DNA of 64,000 nt, taken from positions 5,312,001 to 5,376,000 of the forward strand of contig CBDCJO010000002.1 of the NCBI GenBank assembly GCA_965217865.1. The letters are read 5' to 3'. A program made the position numbers and the translations under genes. Positions 1 through 8,246 of this stretch are shown here, one piece after another. The notes beneath the pieces were generated by a model. That model saw only the letters and a program-made list of their open reading frames with translations. It was not told the origin of the DNA and ran no database searches. The DNA comes from Candidatus Latescibacterota bacterium. GTDB taxonomy: Bacteria; Latescibacterota; UBA2968; SICM01. Each line of letters begins with the position of its first letter. Within the stretch, counting starts at the first letter, position 1.

Positions 1-1311
1 GAAAGGTCAGCCGAGGTGCTACTCACGCCTTCCGAGGGGAACGCACCTTCGGCCCCGGTCTTCCGGACGATCCGTGGGGATGTCCTGATGCCCACGTTCG
101 TGGTGGAAAATGCATCGGGTGCGGAGGGACGTGATCTGAGCTATACCTTCCATGTGTCTGTCAGAGAGGACTTTGCGGATGTGGTGGCCGCGGCCGCGGG
201 GATTATGGAGGGGAACGAATCGGAGGAGGGGGGACTGACCGCCTGGACGATTCCTCGTGAGTTGACCGAGGGGGCGACCTACTTCCTTCGTGTTCGGGCC
301 AACGACGGGTTCGACGGACCCTTCATGCCGGTGCATCGTTTCCTGGCGAGCGATGTTGCGTTGGCGCGTGAGTTGCGTCCCGGGGACTTCGACGGGAGCT
401 TCAAGGTGGATTTCGAAGACTTCTTCCTGTTCGCGGCGGCGTTTGGCCAATCCGGAACCGGGGAGAACGCCGTATTCGACCTGAGCGTGGACAATAAGAT
501 CGATTTCGAAGATTTCTTTGTATTCGCATCGGTGTTTGGGAAGCAGTACGATCCGCCCGGCGGAGCAACCAAGCTCCTGGCTTTCGTGCGGCCGCTTGAT
601 CCCACCCTCCGGGTCCGTCTAACCGCGGTCGGGAATTTCCCATCCATTGGGGAGGAGTTCATTGCGAGCATAGCTCTGGAGGGTTTACCCGACTTGAGAG
701 GCTACGGGATTCGGATCGAGTTCGATTCCGAACAACTCGAGCTGCTGCACGTCGAACAACAGGAGAATGGGCTGGCAAAGGTACTCAGAACCGATATCAA
801 TGAAGCGGTGATCCTGAACTACGGAGCGGGACTTGTGAGCGAAGCGATGGAGTCGGAAGGGTCGGAGGGGGAGGGCTCGGAGGGTGAAACAAACCTGGCC
901 GATCTCCGGTTCCGGGTGAAGGTCTCCACTCTGGAGCCGCACGCAGAGGTATTGGAGATGGTTTTGCTGGATTCAGAGGGAGAGATGCGGATACCCGGTG
1001 ACCTTTCGTCCGCAAGGTTGTCCCTGCTTCCGAATCAGGTCCTATTGAAGCACAACTATCCGAATCCGTTCAACCCGATCACCACGATCCGCTACGGGAT
1101 CCCGGACGATGCCCGGGTCTCGATCCTGGTCTACAACATCCTGGGTCAGCAGGTGGCGCAGCTTGTGAACGAACTCCAGCCCACAGGTTTCTACACAATC
1201 GCCTGGGACGGGCGGGACACGCAGGGGCGCACACTGGCATCAGGGGTTTATATTTATAGGATTCAGGTGGGGAAGATCGCGCGGGTGCAGAAGATGATGC
1301 TGTTGAAATGA
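1..1311 (+). CDS. 5'-partial secreted/surface protein: FN3-like, dockerin-like EF-hand pair, cohesin-like domain and C-terminal FlgD-Ig/T9SS-type sorting domain
   Basis: Frame is open from base 1; repeats GDFDGSFKVDFEDFFLFAAAFG and DLSVDNKIDFEDFFVFASVFG; C-terminus HNYPNPFNPITTIRY...ASGVYIYRI...KMMLLK. Confidence 0.85.
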   Translation, partial: ERSAEVLLTPSEGNAPSAPVFRTIRGDVLMPTFVVENASGAEGRDLSYTFHVSVREDFADVVAAAAGIMEGNESEEGGLTAWTIPRELTEGATYFLRVRANDGFDGPFMPVHRFLASDVALARELRPGDFDGSFKVDFEDFFLFAAAFGQSGTGENAVFDLSVDNKIDFEDFFVFASVFGKQYDPPGGATKLLAFVRPLDPTLRVRLTAVGNFPSIGEEFIASIALEGLPDLRGYGIRIEFDSEQLELLHVEQQENGLAKVLRTDINEAVILNYGAGLVSEAMESEGSEGEGSEGETNLADLRFRVKVSTLEPHAEVLEMVLLDSEGEMRIPGDLSSARLSLLPNQVLLKHNYPNPFNPITTIRYGIPDDARVSILVYNILGQQVAQLVNELQPTGFYTIAWDGRDTQGRTLASGVYIYRIQVGKIARVQKMMLLK

Positions 1312-1361
1312 GGAGAGCCGGCAAACGGCAAACGGATATACGGAATTCGAATAAGGGTCAG

Positions 1362-1404
1362 ACCTAACCCCCAAACCCCCTTCTCGAAACGGGAAGGGGG
1401 CTTT
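1362..1404. repeat. REP-like palindrome (CCCCTTCTC...GGGAAGGGGG family); may also terminate transcription
   Basis: cccccttctc gaaac gggaaggggg hairpin; related hairpins at 2805-2860 and 63335-63510. Confidence 0.55.
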
Positions 1405-1546
1405 CGCCTTTAATTTAGTAAATGTCAATCACATGGTCTCCCCTCTCCTTTGAGGTCCAATTTGCACCTTTCAATTTCCATCATCCTCATTATATTTCCC
1501 ACCTCAGTGTCCTCCGTGGTTTCCAGGTTCGGATTGTGCAATATTC

Positions 1547-1639
1547 CCTGATCGCTATGAACGACTAAAAAAAATTCCGCGAACTACCATCTGAAATCGT
1601 CACAATAATTTCTGACCACGAGAAATGGCTGGAATCAGC
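1547..1639 (+). pseudogene. Degenerate duplicate of the 5' end of the downstream pentapeptide-repeat gene
   Basis: Ungapped match to 1716-1808 with 11 substitutions; GAA codon changed to TAA. Confidence 0.85.
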
Positions 1640-1642
1640 TCC

Positions 1643-1670
1643 CTAAGGGCACGGTATGCCGTGCCCCTAC
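1643..1670 (-). repeat. GTAG-type REP palindrome
   Basis: Minus strand GTAGGGGCACGGCATACCGTGCCCTTAG. Confidence 0.75.
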
Positions 1671-1725
1671 ATCAATGCCGCGCGGTTACCACCGCCTTTC
1701 CAGCCTTGGCTCTAACCTGATCGTT

Positions 1726-2505
1726 ATGAACGACGAAGAAGAATTCCGCGAGCTGCCATCTGAAATTGCCACGATAATTTCGGACCACGGGAAATGGCTG
1801 GAATCAGCGGGGAAAGAGGGGAAAAGAGCGGACCTGCGCGGAGCGGACCTGAGCCACTTAGATCTCAGGGATTTACCCATTCGAGGCGCTGACCTCAGCG
1901 AGGCGAATCTGGAAGGGACCCAGCTCGAAGGTTCGGACCTCAGAGAGGTCGACTTGCAACGGGCCAGCCTTCGAAAAGTCCGTTTGGACGGAGCTGATCT
2001 CCATAGCGCGAACCTGGATGGGGCGGCTTTGCAAGGGGCTTATCTCCGTGGTTCGAACCTGTGTGAAGCGGGCCTTTCACCGGCGGATCTCGAGTTGGCC
2101 GATCTCAGCGAGGCGAACCTCGAAAAGGCAAGGCTGCAGGAGGCGAACATCTTCAAGGCGAACCTTCGTGGCGCAAACCTGAGCGGGGCGAAGCTGGATA
2201 AGGCAAGGCTCCAGGAGGTCGAGCTCTGGGGGGCAAATCTTCGGGATGTCAGCATGAAACAGGCGGACCTGCGTGGGGCAGATCTCACAAAGGCCAATCT
2301 CCGGGGGGCCAACCTCAGGAAGGCCAAACTTCAGGGAGCCGATCTTGTTCAGGTGGATTTCGAAGGGGCCGATCTTCAGGGGGTCAAATTGCAGGATGTG
2401 GACCTGTATAAAGCCAACCTGCAGAATGCTGACCTGCGAGGGGCAGACCTTTCCGAGGCGACAGGCCTCACTCAGAAACAGCTGGCTTCCGCTCGACAAA
2501 AATGA
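1726..2505 (+). CDS. Pentapeptide repeat protein
   Basis: H-x-x-WL...G.RADL N-terminus followed by continuous A(D/N)LxG repeats. Confidence 0.92.
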   Translation: MNDEEEFRELPSEIATIISDHGKWLESAGKEGKRADLRGADLSHLDLRDLPIRGADLSEANLEGTQLEGSDLREVDLQRASLRKVRLDGADLHSANLDGAALQGAYLRGSNLCEAGLSPADLELADLSEANLEKARLQEANIFKANLRGANLSGAKLDKARLQEVELWGANLRDVSMKQADLRGADLTKANLRGANLRKAKLQGADLVQVDFEGADLQGVKLQDVDLYKANLQNADLRGADLSEATGLTQKQLASARQK

Positions 2506-2518
2506 GATGTTGTGTAAG

Positions 2519-2600
2519 ATTAGAGTCTTCCAGTACGACTTCTACGCAAGATGCGTAGATCTTTTTTGGTTGCGGCGAGTGAAACGAAGCCCGCGATAGG
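2519..2600 (+). repeat. ~80-bp dispersed repeat, copy a
   Basis: ATTAGAGTCTT..ACTTCT..AAGATGCGTA.ATCT..GGTTGCGGC..GCCCGCGATAGG; homologous to 2999, 24620 and 49742. Confidence 0.8.
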
Positions 2601-2640
2601 GGTCGGTGCGAGAAAGATCCTCAGATAGACGCATTACCTT

Positions 2641-2770
2641 AGAGATAAGGAAAGACAGGACAGATTGGAGAGCTCGGTTTTCAGGTGCTGCGATTTACTG
2701 ACGGTGATGTCAAGCAGATCTCGAAGGCGTGCTGCATGGGATCGGGATTGGATAGATGAGAGTGCGATAT
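2641..2770 (+). pseudogene. DUF559/Vsr-like endonuclease C-terminal remnant, copy 1 (frameshifted)
   Basis: Near-identical to 2865-2998 but with several 1-nt deletions. Confidence 0.7.
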
Positions 2771-2804
2771 GACCCATCCCGCCCAGGCTTAAGTCACGCC
2801 GGGG

Positions 2805-2861
2805 TACCCCTCCCGGGAGGGGATTGGTGAAGTCCCCTCCTTGGAGGGGATTTAGGGGTGG
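2805..2861. repeat. Paired REP-like hairpins
   Basis: cccctcccgggagggga and cccctccttggagggga. Confidence 0.65.
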
Positions 2862-2864
2862 GTA

Positions 2865-2998
2865 AGAGATAAGGAAAGACAGGATAGATTGGAGAGGCTG
2901 GGTTTTCGGGTGCTGCGATTTACTGACGGTGATGTCAAGCAGAATCTCGAAGGTGTACTGCATGGGATTCGGAATTGGATAGATGAGCATGGGATATG
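2865..2998 (+). pseudogene. DUF559/Vsr-like endonuclease C-terminal remnant, copy 2
   Basis: RDKERQDRLERLGFRVLRFTDGDVKQNLEGVL matches the DUF559 C-terminal motif; N-terminal half absent. Confidence 0.75.
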
Positions 2999-3070
2999 TT
3001 ACAGTATGACTTCTACGAAAGATGCGTACATCTGTTTGGTTGCGGCTGAGCGAAGCGGAGCCGCAATAGG
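2999..3070 (+). repeat. ~80-bp dispersed repeat, copy b
   Basis: Homologous to 2519-2600. Confidence 0.8.
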
Positions 3071-3088
3071 CTAACAAGGGGGAATATC

Positions 3089-4096
3089 GTGTCTGAAAAA
3101 ATCAGGCTCGCTTTTATCGGTTCGGGCGGCATTGTCCAGCACCATCTCGATCACGGTCTGAAGGACTTCGAGGATGTTGTTTTTGCCGGTTGGTGCGACC
3201 TCGACGAACAGACCGCCGCGGCTCGGAAGGAAGCTGTGGGGGGGCAGGGAGAGATCTATACGGATGCCGGCCGGATGCTTGACCAGGTCAAGCCCAATGC
3301 GGTCTATATCTCGCTACCGGTGTTCACCCACGGTCCCGCGGAACAACTCGTCATTGAGCGGAAGCTGCCTTTTTTCGTTGAAAAGCCTGTTGCCATAGAC
3401 CTGAGGACTGCCCGGATGGTCGCGGAAGGGGTCCACAAACACGGAATCCAGACAGCGGTGGGCTACATGAATCGCTATCGCTGGTCCGTCCAACGGGTCC
3501 GTGACCTGCTTCGAAATCGGAAGCCTGTCCTTTTGCACGGTGGTTGGATGAACGGAGGTCCGACTGCTTATGTGGGAATCGGAAAGTGGTGGGTTCAGAA
3601 GGATAAATCGGGGGGCCAATTTGTCGAACAGACGACACACACCACCGACCTCGTGCGATATCTGTTCGGGGAGGTCAAGTCCGTCTACGCTTCTGCGGTT
3701 CGAGATCGTCGGGAGCGGCCGGACTTTTATACGATCGAAGACGCATCGATGGTACAACTATCGTTTGAAAACGGGGCGGCCGCGGGCCTCTACAGCTCTT
3801 GCTGCACATCTGTCGGGGGTGGCGTCTCCCTGACGTTGTGGGCAACGGATATGAAAGCTGAATTCTCGGGTTGGGAAAATAACGTAAAGATCGACTTGCC
3901 CGGCGACGAAGAAATTACGATCCCGGGCGAGCCCAATATTTTTGCGATTGAAGATCGCGCCTTCATCGATTCCGTTAAAGCGGGCGAGAATCGGGGAATC
4001 CTCGCCACCTACGAAGATGGTTTGAAGGCCACCGCCATCGCCTGTGCTGCGAATGAATCGATGGAGACCGGAGAAGTTGTGAGTATCGAGGAATAA
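3089..4096 (+). CDS. Gfo/Idh/MocA family oxidoreductase
   Basis: IGSGGI Rossmann motif, VEKPVA, GG..VEQTTH. Confidence 0.92.
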   Translation: MSEKIRLAFIGSGGIVQHHLDHGLKDFEDVVFAGWCDLDEQTAAARKEAVGGQGEIYTDAGRMLDQVKPNAVYISLPVFTHGPAEQLVIERKLPFFVEKPVAIDLRTARMVAEGVHKHGIQTAVGYMNRYRWSVQRVRDLLRNRKPVLLHGGWMNGGPTAYVGIGKWWVQKDKSGGQFVEQTTHTTDLVRYLFGEVKSVYASAVRDRRERPDFYTIEDASMVQLSFENGAAAGLYSSCCTSVGGGVSLTLWATDMKAEFSGWENNVKIDLPGDEEITIPGEPNIFAIEDRAFIDSVKAGENRGILATYEDGLKATAIACAANESMETGEVVSIEE

Positions 4097-4132
4097 GAAT
4101 CCGGTTAACACCCCGTTCAAGGTGAGAGATTG

Positions 4133-4912
4133 ATGGGCATAAAACAGTCGATTTGTTATCCCTTGTTCAAACCTGAGGACAAGAGTCTCGAATTTCTTCT
4201 CAAGACGGCGGCCGATATAGGTTACGCCGCCATTGAGCTGTGGAGACGCGGGAACGATTTTGAGGATGTCGTCGGGTTGGCCCGGAGGAACGGACTTGCG
4301 GTTGCCAGCATGTCGGGCCATGAATCTCTCCCGGATGGGTTGAACAAGAGATCCAATCACGATCGGATCGAGGAAGAGCTGATTATCTCGATCGATCTGG
4401 CGGCAGAACACGGAATCCCCGGCCTGATCTGTATGTGTGGAAACCGTCAGCCGTACCAGACCGAGGTCGAGGCCATTGAGGCCGTTGCGGACGGACTGAG
4501 ACGGGTGGCACCCTACGCAGAAAAGAAAGGCATCAACCTGAATCTTGAGCTTTTAAACTCGAAGGTGGATCATCCAGGATATCAGTGTGACCACACCGCC
4601 TGGGGCGTCGCGGTCTGCGAGCGGGTCGAGAGCCCTCGCGTGAAGCTGTTGTATGACATCTATCACATGCAGATCATGGAGGGAGATGTGATCCGAACGA
4701 TCCGGGAGAATATCCGGTGGATCGGTCACTTTCATACTGCCGGAAACCCTGGACGAAACGATATGGATGACTTGCAGGAGTTGAACTACCGGGGGATTTG
4801 TCAGGCCATTGTAGCCACGGATTATGACCTTTTTGTAGGGCACGAGTTCAGGCCGAAAGGGGATCGCATCGAATCGCTGAAGCAGACCTTTGTGACCTGC
4901 AATCAGGGATGA
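4133..4912 (+). CDS. Hydroxypyruvate isomerase (Hyi) family TIM-barrel protein
   Basis: LELLNS.VDHPGY, LYDIYHMQIMEGD, HFHTAGNPGR, GHEF. Confidence 0.9.
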   Translation: MGIKQSICYPLFKPEDKSLEFLLKTAADIGYAAIELWRRGNDFEDVVGLARRNGLAVASMSGHESLPDGLNKRSNHDRIEEELIISIDLAAEHGIPGLICMCGNRQPYQTEVEAIEAVADGLRRVAPYAEKKGINLNLELLNSKVDHPGYQCDHTAWGVAVCERVESPRVKLLYDIYHMQIMEGDVIRTIRENIRWIGHFHTAGNPGRNDMDDLQELNYRGICQAIVATDYDLFVGHEFRPKGDRIESLKQTFVTCNQG

Positions 4913-4927
4913 TCGAGGTGATGTAAG

Positions 4928-4970
4928 GGGAAATGCAAAGTGAAAAATGAAAAATGGAAATTGCAAAATT
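4928..4970 (+). repeat. Degenerate heptamer array (GAAAAAT-like family)
   Basis: gggaaatgcaaagtgaaaaatgaaaaatggaaattgcaaaatt; similar to the reverse complement of 42778-42813 and 28785-28820. Confidence 0.7.
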
Positions 4971-5041
4971 TACGACAGACCGGAGCTGAGCGCAACAATG
5001 ACCGCTATAGATTAGCAAATCATAAACCCTTAATCAATACA

Positions 5042-5109
5042 TCCTGAGCCCTTCGACAAGCTCAGGATATACTCCGTTCCGCGTTTTTTGCGGAACGGAG
5101 TCGAAGGAC
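5042..5109. repeat. REP-like nested hairpins (CTTCGAC...GTCGAAG family)
   Basis: tcctgagc..gctcagga and ctccgttccgc..gcggaacggag; related hairpin at 7686-7731. Confidence 0.6.
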
Positions 5110-5162
5110 GGGGAATGTCAGGGAGGAAAGTGCAGGAGGGCGAAGGTCGGAGGTTAGAGGCG

Positions 5163-5352
5163 ACGCATCAGCGGGCCAACGGTCCGCGATCCGGATCAAT
5201 CCCACACATACCGTAGATGAATCAGGATGCGGGACAGGAATTGGGGGATGGGAAATTATCGCGGCCCTTCAGGCCGCACGACGCTATTGCTTTCCAAGGG
5301 ACCCAGGGCGACTCGCCTGGGTTAAAGGACGACGCGCCGTTGGCGCTAAAAG
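5163..5352 (-). mobile_element. Non-autonomous REP/IS200-like miniature element, copy 1
   Basis: Hairpins gcgccgttggcgc, cccagg..cctggg, gcggcc..ggccgc and gggccaacggtcc around minus-strand IPQFLSRILIHL-RYVWD* (5249-5196). Confidence 0.8.
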
Positions 5353-5438
5353 AACGCCCTGTCTTTAGGCTCGGCTTTTCGATTTAGCTCCAAGGCCCCC
5401 GGGTGTCAACCGCGAAGACGGGGTCAACTATATTCCAC

Positions 5439-5466
5439 TAAAAAAAAACCGAGGATACGCCTCGGA
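5439..5466 (-). terminator. Rho-independent terminator
   Basis: Minus strand ccgagg-cgtat-cctcgg followed by a 9-T run. Confidence 0.75.
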
Positions 5467-5757
5467 GGGGGATGAATCAAATATTATTTTACGGCCGCGA
5501 CTGTGGGGAGAGAATCCTCTACATCACAATCGCGACCGCTAAAAATTGTCCGGTGGCATAAACCTCCTATCACGGGGTTCATACGGAAAATGGTTCACGC
5601 CCGTGGTCCCTATGCACAAGCTTCGCGTCCACGCCCATCCACTTAATTTGGAATATTCAATTCCCGGTCAGATGAAGCGCTGACAATATATGGAGATGAT
5701 CCGAAGACGTTTTTGCTGAAGCGGACCATTTCGGACGCTTGTCGTAATCTTTCCCCG
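5439..5757 (-). ncRNA. Candidate structured small RNA or leader transcript
   Basis: Promoter-like TTGACT-17-TAACTT upstream, G-U-containing hairpin 5492-5538, terminator, no ORF of 60 aa or more. Confidence 0.35.
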
Positions 5758-5762
5758 TTCAA

Positions 5763-5791
5763 AAGTTAATATATATCTGATGATAAGTCAA
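5763..5791 (-). promoter_or_regulatory. Putative sigma70 promoter
   Basis: Minus strand TTGACT, 17 nt, TAACTT in an AT-rich patch. Confidence 0.45.
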
Positions 5792-5819
5792 GTTAATTGT
5801 CATTAGAAATAATAACGAA

Positions 5820-6884
5820 TCACGCCATTCGCATCCGAACCCCTACATCGTCCAGCAGGTCCAGGGCGCGTTGCCACATTCCAGCCTGATCTCCCGGTTC
5901 AGCTGCGTTTACGATTGCTTTTAGGGCCTCTTCCGAATACGTCACACCGTGGAAAGCACCATAACGCCTGCTTAGTTCCCGGAGGCCTTTCAGAACACCC
6001 TCCTGGTCCAGGGGAAGCATCGCAACGGACCGGAAATATTCGGTTATTCCGGGATCCGTCTTCACGCATGCCTCGATTTCCCCTTGAACGGCCCCGGCGA
6101 TTATCCGGACCCAACCCGCCTGGAGACCCGCCTGAAAGAAGGAACCGGTGGCTTTTCCCTCCAGGTCGATGAGATCGGCCAGACTTTGACAAAAGAGAAT
6201 GATATCCCCATCCTCCTTAACTTCCCGGATGGCCTGAAACAGCCTTTCCTCCAGTTGGCCTCGATACTTAGTTCCCATCACCATCCCCCCGGGGTCCAGT
6301 CTTAATATCCGTTTCCCGGCCAGGAAACCGAGGTTTTTTCCCCGGATCATTTCACAGGCCAATCCGGAAACGAATCGGATGATCTCCGCCCGGCTCGAGG
6401 CCGTCAAAACCACGCTGTTGTGAGCTCGTCGGGCGAGTGCGCTGGCAATCTCCTGGATTTCCCAGTCGTGTCCAGGTGCCGGATCGCGGACATCCTCCGC
6501 GGCCAGGAACGACATGTCCTCTAAGAAGTGGTCGAGGAATGGGGTTTTGCTCTTTTCCCGGTTGCTCGGTTCATCGCTTTTCCCCCTTTCCGGTGTCTTC
6601 CAGAGGGTATTGGCTTCTACAACAACCGTTTCGCTAATGGCCTCGGCCTGACCGCGATCTCGGGCTGCCAGCCCGATCAATTCCTGACCGATCTCCTCTG
6701 CAACCCCGGGGTCGAGGTACCGGCTCCATTCCAGGATCACCTTGTCGGCCGGAGGATTCCTTTTACCCCGTTCAATATCCGATAAATATGCTGGCGAGAT
6801 CCCACAGGCCTCTGCGAAAGTCCCCTGCAGGATTTTTCGGTCGGTCCTGTACTCTCGAAGCCTTTTTCCGAAGGCACTATTCAT
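5820..6884 (-). CDS. XRE-family HTH fused to an inactive ClpA/B/C-type AAA+ (NBD1) domain
   Basis: FGKRLREYR...ISPAYLSDIERGKRNPP HTH; Clp-like TPFLDHF..., GTKYRGQLEERL, YGAFHGVTYSEEALKA, ALDLLDD; Walker A and B degenerate. Confidence 0.85.
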   Translation of the reverse strand: MNSAFGKRLREYRTDRKILQGTFAEACGISPAYLSDIERGKRNPPADKVILEWSRYLDPGVAEEIGQELIGLAARDRGQAEAISETVVVEANTLWKTPERGKSDEPSNREKSKTPFLDHFLEDMSFLAAEDVRDPAPGHDWEIQEIASALARRAHNSVVLTASSRAEIIRFVSGLACEMIRGKNLGFLAGKRILRLDPGGMVMGTKYRGQLEERLFQAIREVKEDGDIILFCQSLADLIDLEGKATGSFFQAGLQAGWVRIIAGAVQGEIEACVKTDPGITEYFRSVAMLPLDQEGVLKGLRELSRRYGAFHGVTYSEEALKAIVNAAEPGDQAGMWQRALDLLDDVGVRMRMA

Positions 6885-6911
6885 ACAGGTTCTCCCATAG
6901 AAGGTGGAATA

Positions 6912-6954
6912 AATAATTAGCATATAAGCTAATTATTCTCAAGCTCAATGTCAA
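6912..6954 (-). promoter_or_regulatory. Sigma70 promoter overlapped by a perfect palindromic operator
   Basis: Minus TTGACA (6954-6949), 17 nt, TAGCTT; inverted repeat AATAATTAGC-N6-GCTAATTATT at 6912-6937. Confidence 0.7.
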
Positions 6955-7095
6955 GAATAAAATGTAAGCCCATTAATATAATTATCTTATGGAATCTATC
7001 AGTCGGGGGAAGGACGTAATGGGAGCGTTGGGTTGTTTTGAAATGCTGCAGGATTGAGGATCTACCTGGTTTTTGATGGAAAGCGAGGTGTGAAG

Positions 7096-7340
7096 CGACG
7101 CATCAGCGGGCCAACGGCCCGTGATTCCTTGGCCCAGCCCAACGCTGGGTTTGAATGTGGACGATTCGAGGGGCCAAAGGTCCGCGACCCGGATCAATCC
7201 CACACATGCCGTTCATCGTAGGACAGGGATTGGGGGATGTGAAGTTATCGCGGCCTTTCAGGCCGCAGCACGGTACTGTATTTCACGACCCAGGGCGATG
7301 CCCTAGGTTGAGGAACCACGCGCCGTTGGCGTTGAAAGAA
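7096..7340 (-). mobile_element. Non-autonomous REP/IS200-like miniature element, copy 2
   Basis: Same hairpin set; minus-strand IPQSLS-YDERHVWD* (7238-7194). Confidence 0.8.
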
Positions 7341-7361
7341 GTCCTTGACTTGGAGCGGCCT

Positions 7362-7571
7362 CTATCGTTCCGTCACCTTGAACCCTTCCTTTTCAAAGTC
7401 CTTCCGGTGTCCGGATTTTAGCGGAACGTCCATCGATATATAAACCATGTTCTGATCGAGCCGCTGTGTGAGGTTGTACCCTCCGAGGTTGAGCCTGAGG
7501 ATTCTCTCAACCCAGGGAAACTCGAGATTATCCGGAAGCGTGAGCGTATAACGATGTTGGAACTCTTCCAT
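7362..7571 (-). CDS. Small hypothetical protein (69 aa)
   Basis: ORF with protein-like composition between two repeat elements; no motif recognised. Confidence 0.4.
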   Translation of the reverse strand: MEEFQHRYTLTLPDNLEFPWVERILRLNLGGYNLTQRLDQNMVYISMDVPLKSGHRKDFEKEGFKVTER

Positions 7572-7841
7572 AGTGAACCTTATGAAATCCACGCGCGCGT
7601 GAAATTCAATTTGCACCCGGCAGGTATAGAATATATTTTCCGGCTCTAGAAACTGCTCTCTGGATAAACTCCGCGGTTTTTGCCGCGCAGTCGAAGGAGG
7701 GCTTTATACGCTTGAGCATCCTTCGACTGCGTCCCCCAAACACCGGGGGACTCCGCTCTGGATATTTTGACTATTGGATTGTTTCGACAGTCGTACTGTA
7801 TTCTCATGTCCAGAACCATTGGTTTTGGAGGCGATGTATCC

Positions 7842-8141
7842 GCGGGCCAACGGCCCGTGATTCCTTGGCCCAGCCCAACGGGCTGGGTTTGAATGTGGGC
7901 CCATCGATCGGGCCAACGGTCCGCGATCCGAATCAATCCCACACATACCGTAGATGAATCAGGATGCGGGAAAGGGATTGGGTGATGTGAAATTATCGCG
8001 GCCCTTCAGGCCGCACAACGCTGTTGTATTTCACCCAGGGCGGCTCGCCTGGTCTAAAGGACAACGCGCCGTTGGCGCTGAAAAAAGGCTCTGCGAGGCA
8101 GGCGCAACAGCGGGCCAACGGTCCGCGACCCAGACCAATCC
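7842..8141 (-). mobile_element. Non-autonomous REP/IS200-like miniature element, copy 3, plus a partial extra hairpin (8110-8141)
   Basis: Minus-strand ITQSLSRILIHL-RYVWD* (7986-7933) with flanking hairpins. Confidence 0.8.
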
Positions 8142-8246
8142 TCGAAGTGCCAATAAAATTACTGTCGTAGACGAGCAACGGCAAGCAATTTTTCACGATG
8201 GAAAAGATTCAGAATCCGAATTCCATATTCCAGATGGAGGGAAGGT

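Noticed and set aside
1547-1808. Possible DGR template/variable repeat pair, with the Avd-like gene at 42419
   Set aside because: 5 of 11 mismatches are not at adenines, the target is a gene 5' end, and no reverse transcriptase is in the window
5600-5645. c-di-GMP-I riboswitch (minus-strand GGACGCGAAGC)
   Set aside because: Only a short motif matches; the GGCAAAC segment and GNRA-capped stem are not evident
5820-6884. Functional ClpB/ClpC chaperone or prophage repressor
   Set aside because: No Walker motifs, no second AAA+ domain, and no phage genes nearby
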